Notes: generated by a model from the sequence alone, not told the origin. Counted from the stretch's first letter, positions 49,301 to 64,000 are shown. The stretch: DNA of 64,000 nt from Phoronis australis (GCA_002633005.1 NMRA01000532.1:1401-65400), one strand, 5' to 3'. Program-made: numbers and translations.

Positions 49301-52300
49301 GAATTCTTAAAATTTGTGAAATGAACAATTTAGAGCAAAGTAACAAATTAATACTGCCAGAAAATGTTACATTGAAAGTAAATCGAAATTGGATTAAATA
49401 AACGTGAAAAAAGGAAAGTAGGGATGGTGAATGAGCAGGTGACAACAAACTGAATAGCAAATTGAATTTAAATTCAGCTCAAGGAAACACGTTGATAAAA
49501 CGTGGCTATCAAAACCATAGCCTTCTTTACATCAGTATTCTTTCAAGGAACTGACAGACACAGCCTGGCTTAAACTAAAGTTCATTCACCGTCCTGAGGC
49601 TTAAGGGCAATGCAGCATATTTTTCTGCGAGAAGTCATCTGCTAGCATTTGATTTGGTTTACAGTTATTTTATGCTGCATCGAGTGGTGGTTCCTTTTTT
49701 CACAAATTGTAAAATTATGGAACTCTTTGTTGTCGCAGACAATTATCATTGTGTCTCCATTATGTGAGTAAAGCAACTTGCGTTTCTCGGTTGGATTGGG
49801 TCATACACCAGTGTATAACATGCTGAAACAACACAATGTGTGATTTTGTGTACACCACAAGTTATAAGAGAGATCTTAAATGTTAAGCGAATGAAAAATA
49901 GAGACAGCTCATTGAACCCATCAAATTCATTGAATTACTGAATTCTGAAAACTTCTGAAATAAACAATTAAGTGCAAAGTCAAAAATTAATACAGCCAGA
50001 ATATGGTACATTGAAGGTAAATTAAGTAAATCGAAAGTGCAAAATAAACCTGTGAAAAAAGGAAAGTAGGGATGGTGAATGACCAGGTGACAAAAAATGA
50101 ATAGCAAATTGACTTTAAATTCAGCCCAAGGAAACATGTTCATCAAACATGGCTATCAAAACCATCACCATCTTTACATCAGTATTCTTCAAAGGAACTG
50201 ACAGACACAGCTCTGGTTAAAACTAAAGTTCATTCACTATCCTGAGGCTTAAGGGCAATGCAGCATTTTTTTCAATACTCTGTTGGGAGAAGTCATCTGC
50301 TAGCATTTGGTTGGGTTTACAATTATTTTAGGCTGCATCAAGTGGTGGTTCCTTTTTTCACAAATTGTAAATTTATGGAATTCATTGTTATCACTAACAA
50401 CAAGCAACTTGTGTTTCTTGGTTGGATTGTGCAATACACCAATGTTTAACATGCTGAAACAACAGAATTTGTGATTTGATTTTGTGTTCACCACAAGTTA
50501 TAAGAGTGATCTTAACAAACCAAAGAATGTAGTGAAATTAGAAAGGAGTAATGCTTCATGAATTAAACAAATAAGTGCATTGAATTAATGGAGCTGTGTG
50601 AAATGGCACAAAGGAATGAATTGAACAAATAGGACAATGGAATGACTCTGTAGTGTCATTAAGTGAACATCAAAATAAAAGACCTGTAAAATACTAAAAA
50701 TTACTGAACTCACGAAATTTGATGGTTTGTTGATCTCTCATGGATACAGAAGCATTTGAAGTGGTAATTAAAGGCATGAAATGCACAGACTAAAAGGTTT
50801 CTCGAAGTTTGACAAGTGAGTGAAATTGTGTAATTCAATGACTTAATGAATCTTCAAATACTGCAATAAATTGATCCCTGTGTAGAACACACATATCAAA
50901 GGAATCCTTTTAATGATGTAATTGGAAACCGGCAATGTTATAAGGAATCGTGAAATGTGGTGAATTGACAAACCATTAAAAGGAGAGAAAATATTGCTTG
51001 TGTGAAAAGCAATGCAGTAATCACTGCATGGATTTGTGGAACAGAACAAACTAATGGTACAATGATGTCTTAAGAGCCTTTCATACTAACGTCAACGCGT
51101 CGATGGTTTGGGGAGTTGCGGTCAGTATGAACGCTTAAGTGTATCTGTAAAATGTAAAAAACAAGTGACCCACGAAAGACAAGGTAATAAACAAGTACAA
51201 CATGAGGGTAACTGTAAACGTGAGGATAAGCAAAGTCTCAGAAATTTAAATCGTAGGATGCATCATGGAGTGAAGAAGTAGTGCATCAAATTCCGTGAAG
51301 TACGACAATTGAATGACTCTGTAGAGTGTCATGAAATGAACAGAGAAATAAATAACCTGTAAAATTTCACAAATAAGGAACTGGAACTTGGGGGAATTAA
51401 ACAACCCCTACTCTGTCGGGGATAAAGAAACATTTCATGTGGTAAAGGACCCATGATATGCAACAAATCAATAGTGCCAAGTGAATGAAATTGTGAACTT
51501 TCTTTGAATTAATGAATCTTCAAAATGTGTTGAATGAACATATATATGATCGGTAATCGAATAATCCGTGTGTAGAATGGAACTATCAAGGGAATATAAA
51601 AATGCTAAAAATAAATGAAATGTTAGTATAAAATGCGAAAACCAGTGGGCCCTTGAAGTATCATGATTTAATGTAAAGGCATGGTAATCAAAGTCCTACA
51701 GTGTTGCTAGTCAAATATGTCATGCCAATGCTAAATGTTATTGGAAATAAAAATAGAGACAACTGAATGAACCCATCAAATGCATTGAATTACTGAATTC
51801 TTAAAATTTGTGAAATAAACAATTTAGAGCAAAGTAACAAATTAATACTGCCAGAAAATGTTACATTGAAAGTAAATCAAAATTGGATTAAATAAACATG
51901 TGAAAAAAGGAAAGTAGGGATGGTGAATGAGCAGGTGACAACAAATTGAATAGGAAATTGACATTAAATTCAGTTGAAGGAAACACGTTGATCAAACGTG
52001 GCTATCAAAAACCATAGCCTTCTTTACATCAGTATTCTTTCAAGGAACTGACAGACACAGCTCTGGCTAAAACTAAAGTTCATTCACTGTCCTGAGGCTT
52101 AAGGGCAATGCAGCATTTTTTTCTGCGAGAAGTCATCTGCTAGCATTTGATTCGGTTTACATTTATTTTATGCTGCATCGAATGGTGGTTCCTTTTTTCA
52201 CAAACTATAAAATTATGGAATTCTTTGTTGTCGCTGACAATTATCATTGTGTCTCCATTATGTGAGTGAAGCAAGTTGCGTTTCTTGGTTGGATTGAGTC

Positions 52301-52711
52301 ATACACCAGTGTATAACATGCTGAAACAACACAATGTGTGATTTTGTGTACACAACAAGTTATAAGAGAAATCTTAAATGTTAAGCGAATGAAAAATAGA
52401 GACAGCTCATTGAACCAATCAAATGCATTGAATTACTGAATTCTGAAAACTTCTAAAATTAACAATTAAGTGCAAAGTCAAAAATTAATACAGCCAGAAC
52501 ATAGTACATTGAAAGTAAATTAAATTAATCGAAAGTGCAAAATAAACATGTGAAAAAAGGAAAGTAGGGATGGTGAATGACCAGGTGACAAAAGATGAAT
52601 AGCAAATTGACTTTAAATTCAGCCCAAGGAAACATGTTGACCAAACATGGCTATCAAAACTGTAGCCTTATTTACATCAGTATTCTTCAAAGGAACTGAC
52701 AGACTCACCTG

Positions 52712-53097
52712 GGCCCGGTCTCCAATCTTTTTACTCGAAATGGAACTCGAAATTAGGTTTGGCATTTCTACACTACTTTTGGGCAAACTCAAGATAAGTG
52801 TCTATTATTCTATGCTCGAGTACACAATAACTTACGTAGATAATTTATTGACGTTAGTTCACATTTTGTAAACCCAATATTAAAGCAATTAAAGAAATTT
52901 CGAGTTTTTACTCGAGTTTGTAGGACGAATAAAAGGGTCTTCAAGGGCAAACTTGAACTAGGAACTCCTATGCATAAACTACTATATATTCGAGCACAAT
53001 CCGACAACCAATTATCTTAAGTTTGCACAAAAGGAGCAGAGAAATTGCCAAAAATAGTTTCAAGTTCGTTTCGAGTACAAAGATTAGAGACCGGGCC
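52712..53097. mobile_element. Same MITE insertion in repeat copy 2 (52 bp longer)
   Basis: Identical TIRs and insertion site to 9303-9636. Confidence 0.85.
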
Positions 53098-53528
53098 CAG
53101 GTTAAAACTAAAGTTCATTCACTGTCCTGAGGCTTAAGGGCATGCAGCATTTTTTTTCAATACTCTATTGGGAGAAGTGATCTGCTAGCATTTGGTTGGG
53201 TTTACAATTATTTTATGCTGCATCAAGTGCTGGTTCCTTTTTTCACAAATTGTAAAATTATGGAATTCAGTGTTATCACTGACAATTGCCATTTTGTCTC
53301 CATTATATGAGGAAAGCAACTTGTGTTTCTTGGTTGGATTGTGCCATACACCAGACTGAGTGTATAACATGCTGAAACAGCACAATGTGTGATTTTGTGT
53401 ACACCACAAGTTATAAGAGTGATCTTAACAAACCAAAGAATGTAATGAAATTAGAAAGGAGTAATGCTTCATGAATAGAACAAATAAGTGCATTGAATTA
53501 ATGGAGCTGTGTGAAATGGCACAAAGGA

Positions 53529-54096
53529 CCTCTGATTGGTCGATTCAATCGAGGCCTCTGATTGGTCGGTTGAATCGAGGCCTCTGATTGGTCGGTTCAA
53601 TCGAGGCCTCTGATTGGTCGGTTGAATCGAGGCCTCTGATTGGTCGGTTGAATCGAGGCCTCTGATTGGTCGATTCAATCGAGGCCTCTGATTGGTCGGT
53701 TGAATCGAGGCCTCTGATTGGTCGGTTGAATCGAGGCCTCTGATTGGTCGATTCAATCGAGGCCTCTGATTGGTCGATTCAATCGAGGCCTCTGATTGGT
53801 CGATTCAATCGAGGCCTCTGATTGGTCGATTGAATCGAGGCCTCTGATTGGTCGATTGAATCGAGGCCTCTGATTGGTCGGTTGAATCGAGGCCTCTGAT
53901 TGGTCGGTTGAATCGAGGCCTCTGATTGGTCGATTCAATCGAGGCCTGTGATTGGTCGATTCAATCGAGGCCTCTGATTGGTCGATTCAATCAAGGCCTC
54001 TGATTGGTCGATTGAATCGAGGCCTCTGATTGGTCGATTGAATCGAGGCCTCTGATTGGTCGGTTGAATCGAGGCCTCTGATTGGTCGATTCAATC
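53529..54096. repeat. 26-bp minisatellite, ~22 units
   Basis: Same unit as 10056-10265. Confidence 0.97.
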
Positions 54097-57000
54097 ACTT
54101 GTCAAACTTCAAGAATCCTTTTAGTCTGTGCATTTCATGCGTTTACTTACCACTTCAAATGTTTCTGTATTCATGACAGATCAACAAACCATCAAATTTC
54201 GTGAGTTCAGGAATTTTTAGTATTTTACAGTTCCTTTATTTTGATGTTCACTTAATGACACTACAGACTCATTCCATTGTCCCAGTTGGCACGACTCCAT
54301 TAATTCAATTCACCTATTTGTTCAATTCATTCCTTTGTGCCATTTCACACAGCTCCATTAATTCAATGCACTTATTTGTTCTATTCATGAAGCATTACTC
54401 CTTTCTAATTTCACTACATTCTTTGGTTTGTTAAGATCACTCTTATAACTTTGCTCACATAATGGAGACACAATGGCAATTGTTAGTGATAACAATGAAT
54501 TCCATAGTTTTACAATTGGTGAAAAAAAGAACCACCACTTGATGCAGCACAAAATAATTGTAAACCAAACCAAATGCTAGCAGATGACTTCTCCCAACAG
54601 AGTATTGAAAAAAATGCTGCATGCCCTTAAGCCTCAGGACAGTGAATGAACTTTAGTTTTAACCAGAGGTGTGTCTGTCAGTTCCTTTGAAGAATACTGA
54701 TGTAAAGAAGGCTACAGTTTTGATAGCCATGTTTGATCAACATGTTTCCTTGGGCTGAATTTAAAGTCAATTTGCTATTCAATGTTTTGTCACCTGCTCA
54801 TTCACCATCCCTACTTTCCTTTTTTCACATGTTTATTTAATACACTTTCGATTTACTTTCAATGTATTAATTTTTGACTTTGCACTTAATTGTTTATTTC
54901 AGAAGTTTTCAGAATTCAGTAATTCAATGGATTTTATGCATTCAATGAGCTGTCTCTTTTCATTCAATTAACATTTAAGATCTCTCTTATAACTTGTGGT
55001 GTACACAAAATCACACATTGTGTTGTTTCAGCATGTTATACACTGGTGTATGACCCAATCCAACCAAGAAACGCAAGTTGCTTTACTCACATAATGGAGA
55101 CTCAATGATAATTGTCAGCGACAACTAAGAATTACATAATTTTACAATTTGTGAAAAAAGGAACCACCACTCGATGCAGCATAAAATAACTGTAAACCGA
55201 ATCAAATGCTAGCAGATTACTTCTCGCAGAAAAAATGCTGCATTGCCCTTAAGCCTCAGGACGGTGAATGAACTTCAGTTTTAGCCAGAGCTGTGTCTGT
55301 CAGTTCCTTGAAAGAATACTGATGTAAAGAAGGCTATGGTTTTTGATAGCCACGTTTGATCAACGTGTTTCCTTGAGCTGAATTTAAAGTCAATTCGCTA
55401 TTTGGTTTGTTTTCACCTGCTCATTCACCATCCCTACTTTCCTTTTTTCACTTGTTTATTTAATCCAATTTCAATTTACTTTCAATGTACCACATTCATT
55501 ACTTTGCACTTAATTGTTCATTTCATAAATTTTAAGAATTCAGTAATTCAATGCATTTGATGGGCTCAATCAGTTGTCAGCTTGTTCATTCAACACGTTT
55601 TGAAGATTCATTTATTCAAAGAAATTTCCCAATATCATTCACTTGGCAGTACCTCAGGTCCCTATTGATTTGTTGCATATCTTGGTCCTTTACCACATGA
55701 AATGTTTCTTTATCCCCGACAGATTAGGGTTTCATTAATTCCCAAGTTCCAGTTCCTTATTTTTGAAATTTTACAGGTTATTTATTTCTGTGTTCATTTC
55801 ATGACAGTCTACAGAGTCATTAAATTGTCGTACTTCACAGAAATTGATGCACTACTTCTTCACTCCATGATGCATCTTACGATTTAAATTTCCAAGACTT
55901 TGGTTACCCTCACGTTTATGGTTACGCTCATGTTGTACTTGTTTATTAACTCGTCTTTTGTGGGTCACTTATTTTTTACATTTTATAGATTCACTTATAG
56001 TTAGAATTTTGCTTCCTCACACTATATTGAGTTCATTTTACGGGTTCTGTCATACTACAACAGCTTAATGATTGTGATATTTTGAGGGATTATTAATTTG
56101 TTCCGTACTCCAAAACTGCTTTTAACAAACCAATATTTTCTCAACTTTTAATGATTTATCATTAAATACATTCCTTCGATAGCTGCATTTTACACATTTG
56201 AGAGTTCATTAATTCATGGAATTTCAGTTTCATTATCTTGTTGTAGCTCAAGACGCCATTTACTTGATGCATTTCATGGATTCTTTACCACTTGAAACGC
56301 TTGTTTATCAATGAGATTGCAGAATTTTATTTCCCCCAATTTCATGAATTCAATTATATTTAGTATTTTACAGGTCATTTATTTCTCTGTTTATTTAATG
56401 ACACTCTACAGACGCATTCAATTATTGCATTTCACAAAACTCCATTAACTTGATGCTTTGTTTTGTTCAATTAATAATGCTTTTTACCATTCAAATTTTA
56501 CTACATTCTTTGGGGGTATAAGCTCATTGTGACAAGCAGTGGTCAAGTCCCTATTTTGTTGCACCAACATGTTATACAATGGTGTTTGGCGCAATTCAAC
56601 AAAGAATCACAATTTACTTTTCTCACAAACGCAACACATGGTAAATTACTTGTCAGTGACAATGAATTCCATAATTTTTGTATCAGGTCTCCTTTTATCT
56701 CTGGAAACAGCTTGTGACACACCTTTTATTTTCGAGACATACTTCGAATGTAAATACTGTTTCACTCGTTAAACATATTAATGTGAGAATATGAACCCCT
56801 TTTTCCTGCTTCCGGACTGGTCCATTAATCGTTTGTGTAGATTCGCATATGGCTCTTTTGCACACACACAGCGCACTAGGATATTTCTTTCCCAGGCTCA
56901 CTATTGGTTGTTTCTGTCTTGTGCCTCGAGTTTGGTCGCTTCTGGCACCTATAGGTTGATGATTATCACGTGTCTTTTGTTCTCAGTAACCATATGTTTC

Positions 57001-58938
57001 CTGTCATTCCTTCGCTTTAGCAGCACTTGCATTTGAGTTTAATCTCTCTTCATTTTTTCCCACCCATTACTACCCCCTTTTTCGGTGGTTTCTCTTACCC
57101 AAGTGCTGCACTTTTTATTACCCATCTCGACAACCTCCGCATCACGCGCACTCAAATATGACAGGTATGAACTCGTCAGTTCATGGTTTGGTTTTCGCAA
57201 AGTTCTTGCCTGGTGATTTTCATTATCACAACTTGGGGATGTGGCACTGTATACATGGGTGGGACTGATGTCTGCGCAGTCTTACAATTTGTTTGAACAG
57301 CAACTCGTCCATACTACAAATTTGAGAAGACATTAGGCAGTACGTGCTGTAGTTTTGTCCACAGTCAAGTGTCATTACTCAGTTTCAGTTGGTTTCATTT
57401 TTACTGCTTCTGAACTGCTAAAAATGGTTGTCTCAATGATATGATCAGTATCTGCCTTGAATTACCACAGTACTCATCCATAAGAACCTTTATGCAAGTT
57501 GAAACTTAATGTTACATACTGTTCGAAAGTTGTATACTAGATACTCAGTTTATGATTCCGTTCCAAGTGAAGGCTATTTCGATGCCTTCATTCCTCGTCT
57601 ACGTTCAATGGGGTAGTTCACTTTTTCAGCATCGGTTTCTCAAAGTTTTCAGTGGTCTCGAAAAATTCAACTCACACACAATAGCCTTGAAATGGTTGCC
57701 AGATCTCTCAAATAGCTCGTTTTGCTAGTCAAAAACAGACTCGCAAGTTTTATTGGTTTATTACACTTCTCTGCTACATGTTAAAATGCATGTATAGAAA
57801 TGTACACTTCGGCAACCCGATCATCCGAAACAGTTGATAACACAACGCAAATCCAGTCAGCAGCACCTTAAAAACCTGTTGGTCTCGGATGAGCCTGCAC
57901 TGTCCCAAACATCTCTTGTTTATTTTTTTTCCTATGCCCTTCTTTTCAGAGACTGTATTTTGAATTATTTTCACTGTTGCATCATAATAAATGACATTTT
58001 CCAAAATCCAACTATCCTATTTATTTCTGATAACAGACCTTCCCTGATGCATGGTCTATGTTCATTACGGCACATATGCCAAACATCAATTAGGTGTCTC
58101 AATTTAAACATATTAATGTGAGCACGAGTACCTTTTCATCTTTGTTTGCATGATACAGACAGCATTTCTTATCCACTCAACATGTAATTACACACAACTG
58201 TCTCATTCACAGTTCAAGGCCAATTGTTTTGGATATTTTGATTGCTATGTCTGTATGACACTCGTGCTACAGGTCACATTTTTCACCTACTAGATCGACA
58301 TGAAATTCACACTCCAGGTTTCTGTAATAGCTCAAGGCCTATTGTCTTAGTGACGCGAGATGGTGCAGTGACATCTATTTCTCAGTTTGCTGCTTTACAG
58401 AAACATGGGATTTTTTTGAAATTCGGTGCATGAATAGGTTACATAAAGTACCATTTGCATTTTGCCAGTCGTTTTTCTTAAAGACTTTCAGTTCCTGAGA
58501 TTTTCCAAGGAGTCCTGTTCCTTTTATTGATTATCTGTGTTGTATCTCCTGCTTTCTTGGATAGTATTTACCTAAATTTGGCATGTCGACAATAGATCTC
58601 GTCAAGCACTATCTACCATAGGCACTTTTCTCTAACCAAGTTATTGTTGTCCTGTATTCCAGATACAGCTGATCAGATGACTGTTGTTTTATCAAATAAT
58701 TCCTGGCTGCACGTTTGTTAGTCTATCAGTCATGCTACAGGACTCGTTTTACATAGTAATCATTCGCTCATTTCATTAATTAAACATTTGACTACCAACC
58801 AACACTGTACGGCTCATCGGTTTATTTTTAGCATTTTGGTTCCTTACACTCTATGAAATTGTTTATTTTACAGGCTTTGTCATAAAGGGAAACCCAGTTT
58901 ATTGATTGTGATATTGTGGGGGCTTAGTAATTTGTTAA

Positions 58939-59377
58939 GGCCCTTTCATATTCATAGTCTGACGGGAGCGTGGACGTAAACAGCGCAGTTAACTGGACCG
59001 TTCATTCCGGCTTCACTAGTTAATGAATATCAAAGCAAGCAGTTGTGTGCCGCTGTTGTCATCGAAGTTATCGCAAGGTAGTCTTGCACGCTAAGGTTTT
59101 ATCAGTGTTTCAATTCGGAAATATTATTTTTAAACCGGTTGCCTATTATTAGAGCAAAATATACGCAGCTATTAGTGACGGCACTACCCTGTAACTATTG
59201 ACGATGACAGTGGCACCTGCCGATAAGTTTGATTGGACCGGAGTTAAGCGTTCGTGCTGCACCGCAGTGTCAACCTGTTAATTGCGATGTTAACTGCGAT
59301 CCAGGACCAGAGTTGAGCATTCATACTGACAGCAACTCCCCAAACCATAGACGCATTGACGTTAGTATGAAAGGCCC
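58939..59377. mobile_element. PIF/Harbinger-like MITE (TIR GG.CCTTTCATA.T, TAA-type target); one-ended fragment at 51074-51138
   Basis: taa|ggccctttcatatt ... agtatgaaaggccc|ttt; GC-rich relative to flanks. Confidence 0.7.
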
Positions 59378-62300
59378 TTTAGACATCATTGTACCATTAA
59401 TTTGTTATGTTCCACAAATCTAGCAAGGATTACTGCATTGCTTTTCACACAAGCAATCTTTTCTCACCTTTTAATGGTTTGTCAATTCACCACATTTCAC
59501 GATTTCTTATAACATTGTCGTCTTCCAATTACATCATTAAAAGGATTCCTTTTGATAGCTGTGTTCTACACAGGGATCAATTTATTGCGGTATTTGAAGA
59601 TTCAGTAAGTCATTGAATTACACCGTCAATTTCATTCACTTGTCAAACTTCAAGAATCCTTTTAGTCTGTGCATTTCATGCGTTTACTTACCACTTCAAA
59701 TGTTTCTGTATCCATGACAGATCAACAAACCATCAAATTTCGTGAGTTCAGTAATTTTTAGTATTTTACAGGTCTTTTATTTTGATGTTCACTTAATGAC
59801 ACTACAGACTCATTCCATTGTCATATTTGTTTAATTCATTCCTTTGTGCCATTTCACACAGCTCCATTAATTCAATGCACTTATTTGTTCAATTCATGAA
59901 GCCTTACTCCTTTCTAATTTCACTACATTCTTTGGTTTGTTAAGATCACTCTTATAACTTGTGGTGAACACAAAATCAAATCACCCATTGTGTTGTTTCA
60001 GCATGTTAAACAATGGTGTATGGCACAATCCAACCAAGAAACACAAGTTGCTTTGCTCACATAATGGAGACACAACAGCAATTGTTAGTGATAACAATGA
60101 ATTCCATCAATTTACAATTTGTGAAAAAAGGAACCACCACTTGATGCAGCATAAAATAATTGCAAACCCAACCAAATGCTAGCAGATGACTTCTCCCAAC
60201 AGAGTATAGAAAAAAATGCTGCATTGCCCTTAAGCCTCGGGATAGTGAATGAACTTTAGTTTTAACCAGATGTGTCCGTCAGTTCCTTTGAAGAATACTG
60301 AGATGTAAAGATGGCGATGGTTTTGATAGCCACGTTTGATGAACATGTTTCCTTGGGCTGAATTAAAGTCAATTTGCTATTCATTTTTTTTTCACCTGGT
60401 CATTCACCATCCCTACTTTCCTTTTTTCACTGGTTTATTTTGCACTTTCCATTTACTTAATTTACCTTCAATGTACCATATTCTGGCTGTATTAATTTTT
60501 GACTTTGCACTTAATTGTCTATTTCAGAAGTTTTCAGAATTCAGTAAGTCAATGAATTTGATGGGTTCAATGAGCTGTCTCTATTTTTCATTCAATTAAC
60601 ATTTAAGATCTCTTATAACTTGTGGTGTTCACAAAATCACACATGTGTTGTTTCAGCATGTTATACATTGGTGTATGACCCAATCCAACCAAGAAACGCA
60701 AGTTGCTTTACTCACATAATGGAGACACAATGATAATTGTCAGCGACAACAAAGAATTCCATGATTTTACAATTTGTGAAAAAAGGAACCACCACTCAAT
60801 GCAGCATAAAATAACTGTAAACCGAATCAAATGCTAGCAGATGACTTCTCGCAGAAAAAAATGCTGCATTGCCCTTAAGCCTCAGGACGGTGAATGAACG
60901 GTGAAGAAGGCTATGGTTTTGATAGCCACGTTTGATCAATGTGTTTCCTTGATCTGAATTTAAATTCAATTTGCTATTCAGTTTGTTGTCACCTGCTCAT
61001 TCACCATCCCTACTTTCCTTTTTTCACATGTTTATTTAATCCAATTTCGATTTACTTTCAATGTAACATTTTCTGGCAGTATTTATTTGTTACTTTGCTC
61101 TAAATTGTTCATTTCACAAATTTTAAGAATTCAGTAATTTAATGCATTTGATGGGTTCAATCAGTTGTCTCTATTTTTATTTCCATTAACATTTAGCATT
61201 GGCATGACATATTTGACTAGCAACACTGTAGGACTTTGATTACCATGCCTTCACTTTAAATCATGATACTTCAAGGGACCACTGGTTTTCACATTTTATA
61301 CTAACGTTTCATTTATTTTTAGCATTTTGCTTCCTCGCACTCAACGCTTTTGTTTATTTTACAGGATCTATTATTATGCTATACCTGTGTTATTGTTGAT
61401 TTGTGGTGGTTTGAGTTCATCAATTCACCAGATATTATTGCACTGTTTCACCAATCCTTAATTCCCTGCTTTACACAGAAACAACAATTTCTTATCTTTT
61501 AAAGGTTTGTCAATTCACCATGACTCTTCACAGCTTCCAATTCTATCAATATAAATACATTCCCTTTATAGTTCCATTCTAAACAGGGATTATTCGATTA
61601 CTGATCACAGATTTGTTCATTCAACACATTTTAAGATTCATTAATTCAAAGAAATTTCACAATATCATTCACTTGGCAGTACCTCAGGTCCCTATTGATT
61701 TGTTGCATATCATGGGTCCTTTTTCACATGAAATGTTTCTTTATCCCCGACAGATTAGGGGTTCATTAATTCCCAAGTTCCTGTTCCTTATTTTTGAAAT
61801 TTTACAGGTTATTTATTTCTCTGTTCATTTCATGACACTCTACAGTCATTCAATTGTCGTACTCCTGGCACCCACTGTATAGGTTGATGATTATCACGTT
61901 TCTAAGGGTTAACCTTTTGTTCTCAGTAACCATATGTTCCTGTCATTCCTTCGCTTTAGCAGCACTTGCATTAGTGCAATATTCAGATGACTGCTCTGTT
62001 ATTAACCAATTCCTTTCTGCACCTATGTCTGTAGGACACTCGTGCTACAGGTCACATTTTTCACTCCTACTAGATCAACATGAAATTCACACTCCAGGTT
62101 TCTGTAATAGCTCAAGGCCTATTGTTTTAGTGACACAAGATGGTGCAGTGACATCTATTTCTCAGTTTGCTGCTTTACGGAAACATGGGATTTTTTTGAA
62201 ATTTGGTGTATGAATAGGTTGCATAAAGTACCATCTGCATTTTGTCGGTCGTTTTTCGTAAAGACTTTAAGTTCTTGAGATTTTCCAAGTTGTCCTGTGA

Positions 62301-63078
62301 TGTATCTCCTGCTTTCCTTGATAGTATTTACCTAAATTTGGCATGTCGACAATAGATCTCGTCAAGCACTGTCTACCATATGCACTTTTCTCTCACCAAG
62401 TTATTATTGTCCTGTATTCCAGATATAGCCCATCAGATGACTTCTTTTATTAAATATTTCCTCGCCGCACGTTTGTTGGTCTGTCACAGTCAGGCTACAG
62501 GACTCGTTTTACATAGTCATCATTCGCTCGTTCCATTAATGAAAGTTTCATTAGCTTAGCAAATTTTTCTTATATTAACTGGTTTTTGCCAGCATATAGG
62601 TGTCCTTGTGCATCAGTATTACCACATTTTGCAAGTTCATCTATTTGGTGTGTTCATTACGTCCATCGCATTTTGCCATTTCATTTTGGTGGGATCATTG
62701 CCTTGTGACGTAGTAATTCAATAATTGGTAATTTTTTGTAGAATTTCTAGTTCATCACTGAACACCCGCTTCATGACTTTTTAGCAATTAATCCGTTCAC
62801 TCATCCACTGTACTTTACTTTTTGGTTTTTAGCAATCATTTTATACACATTTTGCAAATTTTTCAATGTCTATTGTGGTTTTCTTAATTTTCTCATTTCA
62901 TTATGAGATCATCTTGTTTTTGCACTTTACACTTCATTAATTTGTCACATGTTACAAATTCATGAACTAGTCACTTTTCCAGCCCACTTTGTTTGCTTTC
63001 ATTTCCTCGAATTTCCTTGGGGTAAGGAATTTCTCTTTTACCTGGAAACATATTGATGGCAAAGAATTTAGTACCTTT

Positions 63079-63220
63079 ACTCTTGCAACAGTCCAGACTT
63101 TACCTATTTACGGTGTGTGAATATATTCTTGCAAGAGTCCAGACTTTACCTGTTTACAGTGTCTGAATATACTCTTGCAACAGTCCATACTTTACCTAAT
63201 TATTTACAGTGTTTAAATAT
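63079..63220. repeat. ~47-bp tandem repeat x3, specific to the inverted copy
   Basis: tcttgcaa.agtcca.actttacct...tttac.gtgt x3; single-copy in the forward copies (~3985-4015, ~44815-44855). Confidence 0.8.
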
Positions 63221-64000
63221 ACCCCGGTATTTCCTCGATTTATTTTTTCACATTTTCCTTCATTGCTCTCATTGGTTTTATTTAGTCATAGCATTTTACA
63301 CATTTATCGCTTGCGTTTAATTTGGGCAACCACAGGTTTGTTTGAGTAGCATTTTGTTCATTCATAAATTCTCACATTCTGTGGATTCAATTATTTCTCC
63401 CATTTTATTCATCACACTCAACATTTTATGGGTTCTTGCTTTTTCAAGTGGGTTTTTACCAGCATGTCTTTATATGTCACCCTCTCATTTTACAAGTTCA
63501 GTTGGTTCGTTACACCTTCTAAGCCTTGTGATAATTTATGAATTCATTAAAGTTTCCCATTTCATTGGTCCATCAATTTTTCATATTTCATAGTTTCGTT
63601 TGGTTTACACTCTTTTTCAGGTTTTTGTCATTAACTCGCACTTCCTTGGTTCATTAATTTTCGTATGTTTTGGGTTCATTTATTTTTCGCAATTAGCTTT
63701 GTCACTCAATGGTTTCAATTTAGTCACAGCATATCATGGGTTCTTCAGTTTCATATCATTTCACAATTAATTCGTCACACGTTCTGGATTCATTAACCAC
63801 TGACACTTAAAGAATTGTCATCAACCCACCAGGCAAGACTTTACCCAGTTTGCAAGACTGAATTTAATGATCCGCTGTTTCTTCAGTTCAGTAGCAGTGA
63901 CGCTAATCTCCCCTCAAGTAACATCCTCTGTTGAGAAAACTCAACGAAAGTTTCAGCTTTTCATGGGGGAAGATTTTACCCCTTTAACCTGATGGACATC

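Larger units (their letters stand above)
41068..54096 (+). repeat. Giant modular repeat, copy 2 (includes an internal partial re-duplication from ~51140)
   Basis: Direct repeat of copy 1 (e.g. ORF 1276-1575 recurs at 42115-42414); starts at an N join; ends in the 26-bp satellite. Confidence 0.9.
54097..64000 (-). repeat. Giant modular repeat, inverted copy 3 (two sub-copies, ~54097-58800 and ~58940-64000; runs off the window)
   Basis: Reverse complement of copy 1 and copy 2 segments, e.g. 63342-63593 vs 3602-3853, 55702-55887 vs 8040-8225, 60336-60599 vs 49883-50146. Confidence 0.9.

Noticed and set aside
53529-54096. 26-bp repeat array as a CRISPR array or repeat protein (NRPIRGLDSTDQSEAS)
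   Set aside because: Units are head-to-tail with no unique spacers, there are no cas genes, the context is eukaryotic, and the period is not a multiple of 3.

Overview
AT-rich, intron-containing eukaryotic (animal, invertebrate-like) genomic window from a draft assembly, with an N-gap at 109-381 and single-N joins at 32838, 34433 and 41067. One clear protein-coding gene is present: the 3' ~520 codons of a Na+/Ca2+ exchanger (SLC8/NCX family; Calx-beta CBD1 and CBD2, alpha-2 repeat GTSLPD, C-terminal TMs) on the + strand in 14 exons (11208-25980). These include a frame-essential 25-nt microexon and two paralogous 163-nt exons (15241-15403 and 15673-15835) that must be mutually exclusive. They swap the Ca2+-binding EF loop of CBD1 and are separated by an intron that folds into a long hairpin. 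The N-terminal exons are not in the window. About half the window is a non-coding, modular giant repeat present as 382-10265 (+), 41068-54096 (+) and 54097-64000 (-). The forward copies carry a 1.8-kb palindrome whose arm mismatches are strongly biased toward G.U pairs on the + strand, and both end at the same base in a 26-bp CCAAT-containing satellite. In the second copy that satellite is the centre of a roughly 10-kb-arm inverted arrangement. Several MITEs, minisatellites, CTCF-motif-bearing repeat arrays and assembly-artefact duplications are also present. Most short ORFs in the supplied track are spurious. All alignments and counts were made by eye.
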